DNA of 64,000 nucleotides from Candidatus Nanopelagicaceae bacterium. GTDB lineage: Bacteria; Actinomycetota; Actinomycetes; Nanopelagicales; Nanopelagicaceae. The stretch is taken from the NCBI GenBank assembly GCA_947454735.1, contig CANGLK010000003.1:9138-73137 (forward strand). Direction: 5' to 3'. Positions within the stretch are counted from its first letter, which is position 1. The number at the start of each line of letters is the position of its first letter. Positions 63,114 through 64,000 of this stretch are shown here, one piece after another. Made by a program: the position numbers and the translations under genes. Under the pieces are notes generated by a model. That model searched no databases. It was given only the letters and a program-made list of their open reading frames with translations, and had not been told where the DNA came from.

Positions 63114-64000
63114 TTACTTAACCGGCGCTTTTTCAGGCACCCAATCGATTCCAGCCTCTTTTCGCTGAGCTGGAGTTATTGGTGTTGGAGCTCCAGTCAA
63201 TGGATCTCCACCGCTTGCAGTCTTAGGGAATGCGATGACCTCGCGAATTGAATCTGAGTTGGTGAGAAGTGCACAGACACGGTCTAAACCAAGGGCGATT
63301 CCACCATGAGGAGGTGGGCCATAGTTGAAGGCCTCGAGTAGGAACCCGAACTTACTCTGCGCCTCTTCATCAGTAAGACCGATAACGGAAAAGACATCCT
63401 TCTGGATATTGCGATCGTGGATACGGATAGATCCACCGCCCAGCTCTGTTCCATTGAGAACGATGTCATATGCATAGGCAAGGGCCGTTGCTGGATCGCT
63501 CTTAAATGTCTTTGCGAACTCTGGCTTTGGACCAGTGAATGGGTGGTGAACTGCAGTCCATCCCCCATTATCTGTTGGCTCAAACATTGGAGCATCGACG
63601 ACCCAGAGGAACTCCCACTGGCCTTCGGCGATGAGACCACAACGCTTTCCGATCTCAAGTCGAGCAGCGCCCAATAGTTGCTGTGATGCAGAGCGTTCGC
63701 CTGCTGCGAAGAAGATTGCATCTCCACTCTTTGCTCCAACGAGCGCTGCGATTCCAGCTGCTTCGCTCTCAGAAATATTCTTTGAAACTGGCCCGCCGAG
63801 AGTTCCATCTTCATTGACGAGGATGTAGGCGATGCCCTTAGCGCCACGAGCTTTCGCCCAATCTTGCCAAGCATCGAGTTCACGACGTGGAGTTGAAGCT
63901 CCACCTGGCATTACAACTGCGCCAACGTAAGGTGCTTGGAAGACACGGAATGGTGTCTCTTTAAAGTAATCAGTGACTTCAACTAATTCATATCCAAAGC
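63114..64000 (-). CDS. aspS: Aspartate--tRNA ligase (3' part; runs off window)
   Basis: [42 protein letters not shown]; frame open to the window edge. Confidence 0.96.
   Translation of the reverse strand, partial: FGYELVEVTDYFKETPFRVFQAPYVGAVVMPGGASTPRRELDAWQDWAKARGAKGIAYILVNEDGTLGGPVSKNISESEAAGIAALVGAKSGDAIFFAAGERSASQQLLGAARLEIGKRCGLIAEGQWEFLWVVDAPMFEPTDNGGWTAVHHPFTGPKPEFAKTFKSDPATALAYAYDIVLNGTELGGGSIRIHDRNIQKDVFSVIGLTDEEAQSKFGFLLEAFNYGPPPHGGIALGLDRVCALLTNSDSIREVIAFPKTASGGDPLTGAPTPITPAQRKEAGIDWVPEKAPVK

Overview
A very dense core-chromosome segment (about 65 CDS, one tRNA, intergenic gaps mostly under 60 bp, many overlaps) from a streamlined, moderate-GC actinobacterium. Gene content and synteny resemble freshwater acI/Nanopelagicales (inference). 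Order: MerR-gcvP; ppm1-5'3' exonuclease-helY-lipid kinase-tatCA-pafCB-trmI; RecB-like nuclease; metH; PAC2; mshC cluster; tRNA-Leu(GAG); apt, acyltransferase, tdk, DUF554, YczE-like, NCS2, ung; serB; hisGE; ribM/pnuC; rpe-rsmB-fmt-def-priA-metK-coaBC-rpoZ; mIHF-gmk; pyr/car operon; bldD-like; nusB-efp; aro genes; mltG-ruvX-alaS; partial aspS. I saw no mobile elements, CRISPR arrays, prophage or defence island. Most notable: (1) an in-frame fusion of the nucleoid protein mIHF with guanylate kinase; (2) absence of the Pup-proteasome genes from their usual locus, with trmI overlapping pafB and PAC2 retained; (3) a BldD ortholog with an intact c-di-GMP-binding signature; (4) a tandem-hairpin 5' leader on a nucleobase permease; (5) pervasive leaderless TANNNT promoters, including two ultra-compact bidirectional ones; (6) the riboflavin locus reduced to its transporter. 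Several starts were moved from the ORF track using -10/SD evidence. All calls are by eye, with no database searches.
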